From: an uncultured Trueperaceae bacterium
GTDB lineage: Bacteria > Deinococcota > Deinococci > Deinococcales > Trueperaceae
Reading direction: 5' to 3'
Assembly: GCA_963815215.1 (NCBI GenBank)
Contig: CAWFFU010000011.1
Coordinates: forward strand, 224,001-288,000
DNA: 64,000 nucleotides
Every line of letters begins with the position of its first letter. The first letter of the stretch is position 1. Positions 10,986 through 21,861 of the stretch are shown in pieces. The notes under the pieces are model-generated. The model worked only from the letters and a program-made list of their open reading frames with translations. It had not been told where the DNA came from and did no database searches. A program made the position numbers and the translations under genes.

Positions 10986-11849
10986 TCAGCCCGGGTACTG
11001 GCGCTCCAGGTGCTCGAGCGCCAGGCGATCGATGCGATCGTCGCGGGTGAGCCGCTCCTCGAGGTTCTCGGCGCCCGCCAGCGCGCGCAACGCGCGCGGC
11101 GCGGCGTCGTCCCAGCCGGCCGCGGCGGAGTGGCGCCCGGACCGCTCCAGCACCGCAAGCAGCCTGGCCAGCACCTCGCCCTCGAGCGGCAGAAGATCCT
11201 CGTCGCGCGGACGCTCGAAGTAGAGCTGGTGGAGTGCGAGCAGGTCCTGCAGGCGCGACACCGGGGTCTCGTGGTCGTCGACCCGCAGATCGATGTAGCG
11301 ATCGTTGAAGCCGCCGTACCCCCCCTCGGCCCGGACCACGAGCAGCGCCGCGCCCTGCCGGCCGCGCCGGTCGCCGCCTGCCGCGTCGCCGGCCGCCAGC
11401 GCGGCCAGCAGGCGCTCCGCCAGCGGGCCGTGGCCGGCCTCGAAGGTCTCGACCAACGCCTCGACCACCTCGGGTCCGGCCAGTAGGTTGCCCTGAGCGG
11501 CCAGGCCCGGGCGTGCCGTGCCACCGGCCCACGGGTGGCAGGCGTCGCCGGTGAAGCTCAGGCTCCGACCCGATGCGTCCACCAGGCCGTACTGGCGCAT
11601 GGCGTGCTGATCGTCGGTCGCCGCGAAGGACTCGTGGATCAGATCGATGGGGATCCCCGCCCGCAACGCGGCGATGGCCCGCGGCCCATAGCTGGTGTTG
11701 GCGTAGCTCTGGGTCGCGACGGCGCCGATTTCGGCCTCCGCGAACGGGACCACCGCACCCACGGCGAGGAACTTCGACGCCACGGCGATACCCAGATCGC
11801 CGCTGTCCGCATCGCGGGCCACGATGGAGAACGTGCTCACGGGTCGCAT
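10986..11849 (-). CDS. DUF1028 (Ntn-hydrolase-like) protein
   Basis: TFSIVARD, GAVATQS, QGNLLAG, GGDRRGRQ, DLRVDDH. Confidence 0.9.
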   Translation of the reverse strand: MRPVSTFSIVARDADSGDLGIAVASKFLAVGAVVPFAEAEIGAVATQSYANTSYGPRAIAALRAGIPIDLIHESFAATDDQHAMRQYGLVDASGRSLSFTGDACHPWAGGTARPGLAAQGNLLAGPEVVEALVETFEAGHGPLAERLLAALAAGDAAGGDRRGRQGAALLVVRAEGGYGGFNDRYIDLRVDDHETPVSRLQDLLALHQLYFERPRDEDLLPLEGEVLARLLAVLERSGRHSAAAGWDDAAPRALRALAGAENLEERLTRDDRIDRLALEHLERQYPG

Positions 11850-11923
11850 GCATGTCAGCCTACCACCCGTTCGTCACGGTGATCGGAGTGCTCGGCAAGC
11901 ATCCAGGCGGTAGACTCGTCGGC

Positions 11924-12967
11924 ATGGAAACTCTCGAACGCCTCTCGGAGCTGGCCGGCGTGCCCGGTCGCGAGGAGCGCGTGCGCGCCTTCATCGAGGA
12001 ACGCATCCGCGACCATGTCGACGCCCTGGAGACCGACGCGCTCGGCAACCTGCACGCGGTCAAGCGCAGCGCGCGGGCCGGAGCCAGAACCGTGATGGTC
12101 GCGGCGCACATGGACGAGATCGGCTTCGTGGTGCGCTTCATCGATGATCGCGGCTTCCTGCGCCTCCAGAACGTGGGCGGCTTCGATCCGCGCAACCTGT
12201 TCGCGCGTCAGGTCACGGTGCACGGCTCGCTCGTCGGGCGCGAGCTCGTCGGCGTCCTCAACCCGGCCGGCAAGCCCATCCACCTCTCCACCGCCGAGGA
12301 GCGCGCCAAGGTGCCGCAGCTCGACACCTTCTTCGTGGACCTGGGCCTCGACGCCGAGCGGGTGCGGGAGCAGGTGCGCGTCGGCGACATGGTGACGCTG
12401 CGTCAGCCCTTCGCCGACCTGGGCGACGTCGTCACGGGCAAGGCGCTGGACGACCGGGCGGGCTGCTGGATCCTGATGGAGGCGCTCGAGCGCGTGAAGG
12501 ATCCTGCCATGGAGCTGCACGCGGTCTTCACCGTGCAGGAAGAGGTCGGCCTACGCGGCGCCGGCACCGGCGCCTTCAAAGTCGCTCCCGACGTAGCGAT
12601 CGCGCTCGACACGACATTGGCCGTCGACACGCCCGACAGCCGCGACGACCTGCGCGTCACCGAGCTCGGCAAGGGCACCGCTATCAAGGTGATGGACAGC
12701 GCCAGCATCAGCACGCGCTGGCTCGTCGACGCGCTCATCGCCCTGGCCGAGCGCCGTGAAGTGCGCTACCAGCTCGAGGTGCTGCCGCTGGGCGGCACCG
12801 ACGCCGCGGCCATCCAGCGCTCGCGCGAAGGCGTTCCGTCGATCACCATCTCCACCCCGTCGCGCTACGTCCACACCGTCACGGAGATGGTCTCCAAGGC
12901 GGACCTCGAAGCCGCCGTCGCGCTGCTCACGGCCGCCATCGAAGAGGGGCTCGACGCCGCCGCGTGA
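11924..12967 (+). CDS. M42 family aminopeptidase
   Basis: AAHMDEIG, KALDDRAG, QEEVGLRGA, GGTDA, RYVH; TAGACT box 7 nt upstream. Confidence 0.93.
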   Translation: METLERLSELAGVPGREERVRAFIEERIRDHVDALETDALGNLHAVKRSARAGARTVMVAAHMDEIGFVVRFIDDRGFLRLQNVGGFDPRNLFARQVTVHGSLVGRELVGVLNPAGKPIHLSTAEERAKVPQLDTFFVDLGLDAERVREQVRVGDMVTLRQPFADLGDVVTGKALDDRAGCWILMEALERVKDPAMELHAVFTVQEEVGLRGAGTGAFKVAPDVAIALDTTLAVDTPDSRDDLRVTELGKGTAIKVMDSASISTRWLVDALIALAERREVRYQLEVLPLGGTDAAAIQRSREGVPSITISTPSRYVHTVTEMVSKADLEAAVALLTAAIEEGLDAAA

Positions 12968-13049
12968 GGCTCCCGGCCGGACGCCGAAGGGGGCGCCGTC
13001 CCCTACCGCCTACCGTGGCAGCGCCGGGACGCGGTGCTAGACTGACGCC

Positions 13050-13787
13050 GTGATCGTCGGCATCATCAGCGACGTCCACGCCAACGTCATCGCGCTGGAA
13101 GCGGTGCTCGAGCAGCTGAAGCTGCGTGGCGTGGAGACCGTTCTATGCCTCGGCGACCTGGTCGGCTACGGCCCGGCGCCCAACGAGACCATCGACCTGG
13201 TTCGCCGCGAGAGTGTGTTGTGCACGCTCGGAGCGGCGGACGAGCGCATCGCCTACGCCTTCGCCCGCCGTAAGCTGCCGCGTCGCGGCGTCGCCGACGA
13301 GATCCTGGAGTGGACGCGTGAGGTCATCGAGCCGCGTCACGTCCACTTCCTGCAGACACTGCCCGTTCAGCAACGCATCCACACTCCGGCCGGCCGCCTG
13401 CGGTTCTTCCACGGCAGCCCCGAGGACCCTTCCGAGACGCTCAACCTGAACCAGGACCCCATCTCGCTGTCGAAGATGCTGCAGCGCCACCGCTGCACCA
13501 TCCTCGCCAGCGGCTCCACGCACGTCCCGTTCTACCGGAAGCTCGCCAACGGGCTGGTGATCAACCCGGGCTCCGTGGGGCTCTCGCTCAACGGCGAGCC
13601 CGGCGCGGACTACGCCCTGCTCACCATCACCGAGGACACCATCGATGTGAAGATGGACAAGGTCGAGTACGACTTCGCCGCGGTCGCCTTCGACATCGTC
13701 GCGTGGGGCCTGCCGGCGATGGTGGCTGAAGCGATCCAGATGGGCCGCCTGCCGGAACCGATGGATTCCGAAGGCGAGGGCCACTGA
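13050..13787 (+). CDS. Calcineurin-like metallophosphoesterase (YfcE/MJ0936-like), degenerate motifs
   Basis: SDVHAN, LGDLVGYG, HGSP, INPGSVG; GNHD->GAAD and GHTH->GSTH. Confidence 0.85.
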   Translation: MIVGIISDVHANVIALEAVLEQLKLRGVETVLCLGDLVGYGPAPNETIDLVRRESVLCTLGAADERIAYAFARRKLPRRGVADEILEWTREVIEPRHVHFLQTLPVQQRIHTPAGRLRFFHGSPEDPSETLNLNQDPISLSKMLQRHRCTILASGSTHVPFYRKLANGLVINPGSVGLSLNGEPGADYALLTITEDTIDVKMDKVEYDFAAVAFDIVAWGLPAMVAEAIQMGRLPEPMDSEGEGH

Positions 13788-13799
13788 GCCGCACTCTGC

Positions 13800-14975
13800 T
13801 CAGGCGATCTCGATCCCCATCGCCAGCGCTTCGCCCCCGCCGATGCAGATCGACGCCATGCCGCGCCGTCCGCCGCCACGCTTCAAGGCGCTCAGCAGCG
13901 TCACCAGGATGCGGGCGCCCGAGGCCCCGATGGGGTGGCCGAGCGCTACGGCCCCACCGAGGACGTTGACCCGATCCTCGTCCAATCCGAACTCCTGGAT
14001 GGCCGCCATCGGCACCACGCTGAACGCCTCGTTGATCTCGTAGGCGTCGACGCTGTCCGGCGTCCAATCGAGGCGGGCGAAGAGCTTGCTCATCGCCTCG
14101 ACCGGGGCGACGGTGAACCATTCCGGATCGAGCGCGTGCCCACTGTAGCCGCGGATGTGCGCCAGCACCGGCATCCCGCGCTCCCTGGCGATCTCCTCGC
14201 TGGTGACGACCAGCGCCGCGGCACCGTCGTTGAGAGTCGAAGCGTTCGCCGCCGTGACGGTACCGTCCTTGTCGAAGGCGGGCCGCAGGCCGGGCACCTT
14301 GTCGAAGTCGACCTTGGTCGGGCCCTCGTCCTCGCTCACGGTGGTGACGGCGCCGCGCCGGCCCGGGACGTCGACGGCAACGATCTCCCCGGCGAAGGTG
14401 CCGTCGGTCATGGCGGCCTGAGCGCGCCGGTAGGAGCGCACGGCGTAGGCGTCCTGCTGCTCGCGGCTGAAGTGGTAGCGGCCGGCGCACAGCTCGGCGC
14501 ACGCACCCATGTGGCGGTCGCTGTAGACGTCCCATAGCCCGTCGAACACCATCGAGTCGATCAGGCTCTGGTTGCCCATGCGCAGCCCGCCGCGGGCGCC
14601 GGGGAGCAGGTAGGGGGCGTTGGTCATCGATTCCATGCCGCCGGCCACCACCACCTCGGCATCGCCCACGGCCACCGCCCTGGACGCCTGGATGACCGCT
14701 TCCAGACCGCTGCCGCACATCTTGTTGAGGGTGACCGCCGGCGTGCCCTGGCTCAGGCCGGCATACAGGGCGGCCTGGCGCGCGGGCGCCTGGCCCATCC
14801 CGGCGGGCAACACGTTGCCCATCAACACCAGGTCGACGGTATCGGCCTCGATCCCTGCACGCTCCACCGACGCGCGCACGGCCGCGGCCCCGATCTGCGA
14901 GGCCTTGAGCGGCGAGAGGGCGCCCTGGAAGGCGCCCACCGGCGTGCGTACGGCGGATGCGATGACGATTCCCAT
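13800..14975 (-). CDS. Acetyl-CoA C-acetyltransferase (thiolase)
   Basis: NKMCGSG, NEAF, GHPIGASGAR, CIGGG; SD GGAGGT. Confidence 0.95.
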   Translation of the reverse strand: MGIVIASAVRTPVGAFQGALSPLKASQIGAAAVRASVERAGIEADTVDLVLMGNVLPAGMGQAPARQAALYAGLSQGTPAVTLNKMCGSGLEAVIQASRAVAVGDAEVVVAGGMESMTNAPYLLPGARGGLRMGNQSLIDSMVFDGLWDVYSDRHMGACAELCAGRYHFSREQQDAYAVRSYRRAQAAMTDGTFAGEIVAVDVPGRRGAVTTVSEDEGPTKVDFDKVPGLRPAFDKDGTVTAANASTLNDGAAALVVTSEEIARERGMPVLAHIRGYSGHALDPEWFTVAPVEAMSKLFARLDWTPDSVDAYEINEAFSVVPMAAIQEFGLDEDRVNVLGGAVALGHPIGASGARILVTLLSALKRGGGRRGMASICIGGGEALAMGIEIA

Positions 14976-15128
14976 GCTTGACCTCCAACGTCCGGCGTCG
15001 GACCCGACATCGGCCACTGCGCCGGTCTCGACTCCCAGTATAGGAAGGGCCGGCCTCCCGCCCGGGCCGCCGCGGACCGCTTGCCGACACTGCGGGGGCG
15101 GGGCTCGGGACCCGCGCTGGCGCACGCC

Positions 15129-15983
15129 TCAGCGCCGGAAGGTAACGGTGGCGCGAACGCCCTGCCAGCCGATGGTGATCGGACGATAGAGGTCGAACCA
15201 GGACGGCAGCAGCAGGACCGCGGCCGCCGGCGCATCGGGACCGACGCGACTGCTGGACCCCTGCACCATACGCATGCGGTAGGGGTAGCGCACCACGAGG
15301 CTTCGCCCCCCCTGCTCCAGCGTGAACGACGCTTCCCAGGTGCCGGCCTCCAACGACGACACCAGCACCAGCAGCGGTTTGTCGCTCCCGATGCGCTCGA
15401 GCGCGCCGTCGATGGCGTCACGCTGGGCCGGCTCGATCAGGGGCAGCAGGTCTAGATCGGCGATCGCCACCGCGACGCCGTCACCTCCGGAAGCGTTGGC
15501 CGCGAACAGCCGCAGGGCGGGCACGCCGTGGCCGAGATCGTCGATCTCGCTGCGACCGTCGCTCCCCGCCACCGGCGGCGCCGGCACCTGCAGCGTCAGG
15601 GTGCGCCCGTCCCGCAGGCGCAGCACGTCACCCTCCAGGCGTATGCCCAGCGTGTCGAGCGCGTCCGCCGGGAGGTACCAGGCGCCGTCGCGAAACAGCG
15701 CGGGCGCCGACAGGTTGAGATTCACCGAGCTCGCCGCCCCCGTAGCCTGCCACAGAGCATCGGGCGACCCCGCGAAGACGGTGAGCGTGCCCGTCGCGGC
15801 GCGCCAGGTCAGGCTTCCCTCCCCCGCCGTCAGGATGTCGCCCAGCGACCGGGCCACCGGAGCGGCCGGCGTGTAGAGCACGCCGGCCACCCGGATCGCG
15901 GACACGGGATCGGCCTGCGCGACGCCGAACGCCGCGCCCGCCAGCAACGCCAGCACGAGGGAAGCGAGCCGGAACGGGCCCAC
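15129..15983 (-). CDS. Hypothetical secreted protein
   Basis: Signal peptide (AQA); TACGCT box 7 nt upstream of GTG; no family recognised. Confidence 0.6.
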   Translation of the reverse strand: MGPFRLASLVLALLAGAAFGVAQADPVSAIRVAGVLYTPAAPVARSLGDILTAGEGSLTWRAATGTLTVFAGSPDALWQATGAASSVNLNLSAPALFRDGAWYLPADALDTLGIRLEGDVLRLRDGRTLTLQVPAPPVAGSDGRSEIDDLGHGVPALRLFAANASGGDGVAVAIADLDLLPLIEPAQRDAIDGALERIGSDKPLLVLVSSLEAGTWEASFTLEQGGRSLVVRYPYRMRMVQGSSSRVGPDAPAAAVLLLPSWFDLYRPITIGWQGVRATVTFRR

Positions 15984-16080
15984 GTCAGCGAGCGTAGCAC
16001 GCGCCCGAGACGGCCTCCCACCGCGCCAGGAGGTGCCCCCGTGGGGCGTGCCGCGGCCGCTGCCGCCGGCGTCGATGCGC

Positions 16081-16301
16081 TAGAATAGGGGCCTGTGAGC
16101 ATCGTTCGAACCTCACCGGGCACGGGCGGCGGTCTCCTCTGAGACGCGGCACGGCCACCTTGCGAGCCCCCCACTCGACAACCTTCGCCGGCCGGGTTCC
16201 GGTCGTACCCCCTGCGCCAAGTGGCTGGGGCCGGACGGGCTCAGCTACCGGCCGTCACGGCGCGCCGACGCTCGACGCCCTCGAGGAAGGGAGCCGCCGC
16301 C
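16081..16301 (+). promoter_or_regulatory. hflX promoter and structured 5' leader with uORF
   Basis: TAGAAT 16081-16086; uORF 16095-16142; long-range helix 16096-16108/16232-16243 plus inner hairpins. Confidence 0.5.
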
Positions 16302-18005
16302 ATCGACAAGGTCCACGGTAAGCTCTCCGGCCTGAAGGTCGGACAGGTCAAACGCCTGGGGAACCTCTACCGGCGGCGCGTCCCTCCGGACGCAGTCGTC
16401 ACTCAAGAGTTGGCGCGGGCGTTGACGGAGCTCAGCGCCGATCTCGGCCGGCAGGTGAGCGTGCTGGTGGACCGGCGCGGCCGGGTGGTCACGGTAGCCG
16501 CAGGCGACGCCGCCGATACGCCGTTGCCACCGCCATCGGGGGAGGCCGCGTCGCGGCTGTACGGGTTGCGGCTCGTCCACACCCACCTCAAACCCGTCGG
16601 CCTCAGCGGTGACGACCTGACCACGCTGTTCCTCAACCGTCTGGACGCCATCGTGGCGGTGGAAGCGAGGAGCGACGGGCTCCCGGGGCAGGCGCACATG
16701 GCACAGGTCGCCCCCCCGACGAGCGCGGAGGAGGACTGGATCCTCGAACCGCCGATGACCGTTCCCGAGCTCGAGCGCATCGACTTCGGCGAGCGCCTAC
16801 GGGCGCTCGAGGAGGAGCTGGCACGCCAGGTCCGCGCCCGCGAGGTCACGCGCAGCAGCGCCGAACGCGCCGTGCTGGTGGGGCTGGAGTCGGGCGAAGG
16901 GCTGCTGGAGGCCGAGTCGCGCCTGGAGGAGCTGGCGGAACTGGTCCGGAGCGCCGGCGCGACGGTAGCCTGGAGCAGCCTCCAGCAACGCCACCACGCC
17001 GACCACAAGACGGTGATCGGCCGCGGCAAACTCAATGAGCTGGTCTCCAAGGCCTACCACGAGGACGCCGATCTGCTGGTCTTCGATCGCGAGCTCTCCC
17101 CCGCCCAGGCCCGCGAGATCGAGGGCCTCACCCAGCTCAAGGTGCTGGACCGGACCCAGGTCATCCTCGATATCTTCGCCCAGAACGCGCGCGGCCGCGA
17201 GGCACAGGTGCAGGTCGAGCTGGCGCAGCTGCAGTACCAGCTCCCGCGGCTCGCGGGCCGCGGTCGCGCGATGAGCCGGCTCGGCGGCGGGATCGGCACG
17301 CGGGGGCCCGGCGAGACCAAGCTCGAGGTCGACCGGCGCCGCATCCGCGACCGCATCGCCAGCCTCGAGAAGGCCGTCGACGAGATCAGCCAACGCCGCA
17401 CCGAAACCCGCAAGAGCCGCACCGGGTCGAACACCCCGGTCATCGCCCTGGTCGGTTACACCAACGCCGGCAAGTCGACGCTGTTCAACGCCCTGGCGAA
17501 GTCCGACGCCGTCAGTCGCAACCGCCTGTTCGCCACGCTGCGGCCGACGACGCGCGAGGGCTGGCTGCCAACGCTCGGCCAGTGGGGCGGCAAGGCGTTG
17601 TTCACCGACACGGTGGGGTTCATCCGCGACCTCCCCGAGGAGCTGGTCAACGCCTTCCGAGCCACCCTGGAGGAGCTGCACGACGCCGACCTCTTGCTCC
17701 ACGTGGTCGACGCGGCGGCACCCGGCGCGCCGGAGCGAGTCGACGCGGTTCAGCGCATCCTCGACGAGCTCGGCCTGGAGCCTCCTCGCCGCGTAGTGCT
17801 GAACAAGATCGACACCGCGGACCGGCAGGTGCTCGATGAGCTGGTGCGACGTTTCGACGCCACCGGTGTCTCGGCGCGGACCGGCGAGGGGCTCGACTCG
17901 CTCAAGGCGTCGCTGGCGTGCGCGCTCGAGGGCGATGGTGGGACGGTCCTCCCCGAGGACGCGGCGCTCGCCTTCGGCCTGGCCGGCGTCCGGCAAGGCG
18001 ACTGA
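16302..18005 (+). CDS. hflX: Ribosome-splitting GTPase HflX (long N-terminal form), probable ATC start
   Basis: TRGPGETKLEVDRR, GYTNAGKSTL, LFATL, DTVGFIRDLP, NKID; SD-like AGGAAGGGAG 8 nt before ATC 16302. Confidence 0.93.
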   Translation: MDKVHGKLSGLKVGQVKRLGNLYRRRVPPDAVVTQELARALTELSADLGRQVSVLVDRRGRVVTVAAGDAADTPLPPPSGEAASRLYGLRLVHTHLKPVGLSGDDLTTLFLNRLDAIVAVEARSDGLPGQAHMAQVAPPTSAEEDWILEPPMTVPELERIDFGERLRALEEELARQVRAREVTRSSAERAVLVGLESGEGLLEAESRLEELAELVRSAGATVAWSSLQQRHHADHKTVIGRGKLNELVSKAYHEDADLLVFDRELSPAQAREIEGLTQLKVLDRTQVILDIFAQNARGREAQVQVELAQLQYQLPRLAGRGRAMSRLGGGIGTRGPGETKLEVDRRRIRDRIASLEKAVDEISQRRTETRKSRTGSNTPVIALVGYTNAGKSTLFNALAKSDAVSRNRLFATLRPTTREGWLPTLGQWGGKALFTDTVGFIRDLPEELVNAFRATLEELHDADLLLHVVDAAAPGAPERVDAVQRILDELGLEPPRRVVLNKIDTADRQVLDELVRRFDATGVSARTGEGLDSLKASLACALEGDGGTVLPEDAALAFGLAGVRQGD

Positions 18006-18061
18006 GGGGCGCACGGACCCGCTCGCAGCGAACGGTACGCGCCCGGCAGTACCATGGGCCC

Positions 18062-19951
18062 ATGGATGAAGGCCACCTCCGCGAGTTGCAGGGGCTGAAG
18101 GATCTGCGTGGCTTCCTGGCGTTCCTGGAGAGCCGCGGCGAACTCCTGCGTGTCCAAGAGCCCGTGTCCGCCGCGTTCGAGATCACCGAGATCGCAGACC
18201 GCGTCGTGAAGCGGGGTGGGCCGGCGTTGCTGTTCGAGAACGTCGAAGGCTCGGACATCCCGGTCGCCATCAACCTCTTCGGCAGCCGCCAGCGCACCGC
18301 CTGGGCCCTGGGCGTCGACTCGCTCGACGCCATCACCGACCGCATCCGCAACCTGCTCGACGTGCGCCTCGGCGGCGGCCTGATGGGGCTCATGTCGAAC
18401 CTGCCGAAGTTGCGCGAGGTGGCCTCGCTGCCGCCGAAGCGGGTACGCAACGCCCCCGTCCACGAGGTGGTGTGGCAGGGCGACGAGGTCGACCTGACGC
18501 GGCTGCCGGTGCTGACGTGCTGGCCCAACGACGGCGGTCCCTTCGTGACGCTCCCCCTGGTCGTGACCCGCGACCCGGAACAGGGCGACGTGAACGTCGG
18601 CATGTACCGGATGCAGATCTTCGATCGCGCCACCACCGGCATGCACTGGCAGCGCCACAAGACAGGCGCGCGGCACCTCGAGAGCGCCCGCCGGGCCGGA
18701 CAGAAGTTGCCGGTGGCGGTGGCCCTGGGAGGCGATCCTGCGCTCACGTACGCGGCCACCGCGCCGCTGCCGCCCGTTCCCGGTCTCAACGAGTACTCGC
18801 TGACCGGCTTCCTCCGGGGCCGGTCGCTGGAGGTCACGCGCGGGATCACGGTCGACCTCGACGTCCCCGCTCACGCCGAGTTCGTGCTGGAGGGTTACGT
18901 CGATCCCGAGGAGCCATGGCGCCCGGAAGGGCCCTTCGGGGACCACACCGGCTTCTACACGTTGACCGACCTCTACCCGACCTTCCACGTCACCGCCATC
19001 ACCATGCGCCGCGACCCCATCTATCCGGCCACCATCGTGGGCCGCCCCCCGATGGAGGACGCCTATCTCATCGAGGCCAGCGAACGCATCTTCCTGGTTC
19101 CCGCCCAACTGGTGATGCCCGAGCTGATCGACTACCACATGCCGCCGGCCGGCATCGCACACAACCTGGTCAACGTCCGGATCGACAAGCGCTACCCGGG
19201 CCAGGCCTACAAAGTCGCCAACGGGCTGCTGGGCCTCGGCCAGATGATGTTCGCCAAGGTGCTGCTGGTGTCGGACGAAGAAGTGAGCGCGACCGACTCG
19301 CTGGCCTTCTGGCGCACGGTGCTCGCGCGGGCGTTGCCCGGTCGCGACGAGCAGTTCGCGCGCGGGCCGATCGACGTGCTGGACCACTCCAGCCGGTCGT
19401 GGAGCTTCGGCTCCAAGATGATCATCGATGGCACCCGCAAGCATCCGGAGGAGGGCGACGAGGTGGCCTGGAGCCCGAACGTCGAGCGCCCGGCGAGGGT
19501 GCTTCCCCACCATGCCGAGATCGCCGATCAGCACCAGGTCGCTGGGGGCTTCTGGTTCATCACCACCCGCAAGACCCGGGCCGGCCAGGGACGACATCTG
19601 GGCGAGTGGGCGGCGCGCCAGGCGGCGTGCCGCGGGGTGCGGTTGATCGCGGTGCTGGACGACGAGACCGATGCTACCGACTTCGACGACTGCATGTGGA
19701 CGCTGCTCAACAATATCGACCCCGAGCGCGACGTGCAGGTGGTGGAGGGCGGCTTCGGCGGTGCCCCGGTGTACGTCATGGACGGGACCCCCAAGCTGGC
19801 CGAAGAGGGCTTCACGCGCGCATGGCCCCAGAAGATCCGCATGTCGGACGACGTGAAGCGCCGCGTGGACGCCATCGCCGAGCGCCTAGGGCTCCCCTCC
19901 GAGACGGCCACCCCCGGCCGCGACGCCGTTGCCCTGGAACGCGACGCCTGA
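18062..19951 (+). CDS. UbiD-family menaquinone biosynthesis decarboxylase (futalosine pathway, MqnL-like)
   Basis: EITEIADR, NVGMYRMQ, MHWQRHKTG, EGPFGDHTGFY, GRPPMED; TACCAT box 6 nt upstream. Confidence 0.88.
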   Translation: MDEGHLRELQGLKDLRGFLAFLESRGELLRVQEPVSAAFEITEIADRVVKRGGPALLFENVEGSDIPVAINLFGSRQRTAWALGVDSLDAITDRIRNLLDVRLGGGLMGLMSNLPKLREVASLPPKRVRNAPVHEVVWQGDEVDLTRLPVLTCWPNDGGPFVTLPLVVTRDPEQGDVNVGMYRMQIFDRATTGMHWQRHKTGARHLESARRAGQKLPVAVALGGDPALTYAATAPLPPVPGLNEYSLTGFLRGRSLEVTRGITVDLDVPAHAEFVLEGYVDPEEPWRPEGPFGDHTGFYTLTDLYPTFHVTAITMRRDPIYPATIVGRPPMEDAYLIEASERIFLVPAQLVMPELIDYHMPPAGIAHNLVNVRIDKRYPGQAYKVANGLLGLGQMMFAKVLLVSDEEVSATDSLAFWRTVLARALPGRDEQFARGPIDVLDHSSRSWSFGSKMIIDGTRKHPEEGDEVAWSPNVERPARVLPHHAEIADQHQVAGGFWFITTRKTRAGQGRHLGEWAARQAACRGVRLIAVLDDETDATDFDDCMWTLLNNIDPERDVQVVEGGFGGAPVYVMDGTPKLAEEGFTRAWPQKIRMSDDVKRRVDAIAERLGLPSETATPGRDAVALERDA

Positions 19952-20005
19952 GCCGCGGGCCCGGGCCGACGCGTTACCCGGCCGGCGCCTCGCCGGCCGC
20001 GACGA

Positions 20006-20857
20006 TCATCTCCGGGCCACCACCGCGGCGACCAGGAACAGCGCGGCCTGCGTGAGCACGATGGTCGAACCGCTGGGAACGTCGGCCAGGTAGGACAGTC
20101 CCAGTCCGACGACGGTTGTGACCACCGCCAGCACCACGCTCAGGACCGTCATCTGCGCCAGCGAGCTCGCCAGCAGTCGGGCGCTCGCCGCCGGGATCAC
20201 GAGGTACGCCGCCATCAGGATGATGCCGACCACCACCGAGCTCACGGCGATGACCAGGGCGGCGCACGCGAACAGCAGGTACTCCAACAGTCGTGCACGG
20301 ACGCCGTCGGTGCGTGCCAGCTCGTCGTCGAAGGTGGCGTAGGCCAGGCGCCCCCACACTCCGAGCAGGAACGCCACCGCCACCACCGCCACCACGGCGA
20401 TGGCGGCGAGGTCCGGCCTGGTGACGGCCAGGATCGAGCCGAACAGCAGGTCCATCAGCGACAACCCGAGGTTGACGTCGGGCGGGATGAGCGAGAAGAA
20501 GAGCACGCCCAGCGCCACCGACACCGCGAAGAACACTCCGATGGCGGTATCGCTGCTGAGTCGCGTGTGCTCCCGCACCCAGGCGATCGCCAGGGCGGCG
20601 AGCAGACTGAACGGCGCCGCGATCCACAGCGGGTGCTGCAAGAGTCCCACGCCGCTCGCCAACAATCCGCTCGACACGATGATGAACGCGCCCAGGCCCA
20701 TCCCCCCGAAGGCGGCGTGCGCGAGCCCTGCCCCCAGGAACGACAGCCGCCGCTGAACCACGAACACCCCGAGCAGACCCGACATCACGGCGATCAGCAC
20801 GCCCGCCGCCAGAGCGCGCTGCATGAACGCCAGGTGCAGGGCGTCGAGCAGGCTCAC
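20006..20857 (-). CDS. Zn/Mn ABC transporter permease (ZnuB-like)
   Basis: FMQRAL, GLAHAAFGG, LFGSILAV, multi-TM. Confidence 0.9.
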   Translation of the reverse strand: MSLLDALHLAFMQRALAAGVLIAVMSGLLGVFVVQRRLSFLGAGLAHAAFGGMGLGAFIIVSSGLLASGVGLLQHPLWIAAPFSLLAALAIAWVREHTRLSSDTAIGVFFAVSVALGVLFFSLIPPDVNLGLSLMDLLFGSILAVTRPDLAAIAVVAVVAVAFLLGVWGRLAYATFDDELARTDGVRARLLEYLLFACAALVIAVSSVVVGIILMAAYLVIPAASARLLASSLAQMTVLSVVLAVVTTVVGLGLSYLADVPSGSTIVLTQAALFLVAAVVARR

Positions 20858-20884
20858 CGGGCGCCCGTCTCGCCGCGTGGGGAC

Positions 20885-21640
<756 letters not shown>

Positions 21641-21694
21641 CGCTGCGCGCTCCGGTGCAACGCCGCCGGGCGCGGGATGCCGGAGGCGGCGGCG

Positions 21695-21729
21695 AATCGA
21701 GAATGGGTTCTCATTAGGGGATCACTCTA
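21695..21729 (-). promoter_or_regulatory. Candidate Fur/Zur-family operator plus -10 box
   Basis: AT-rich imperfect palindrome TAATGAGAACCCATTCTCGATT (- strand, 21695-21716) just downstream of TAGAGT (21724-21729), upstream of the znuCB-like genes. Confidence 0.55.
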
Positions 21730-21861
21730 CCCGGACACACCCTCGCTGCCAAGGCCTGACGACACCGGGCGGCCCCGACCGAGCCCATGGCAAGGCGGCG
21801 GCCGCCCGGATGTCCGGGCGGCCGCCGCTCGAAACGCCGTCCACGGCGTCGTCTGCTCGCG

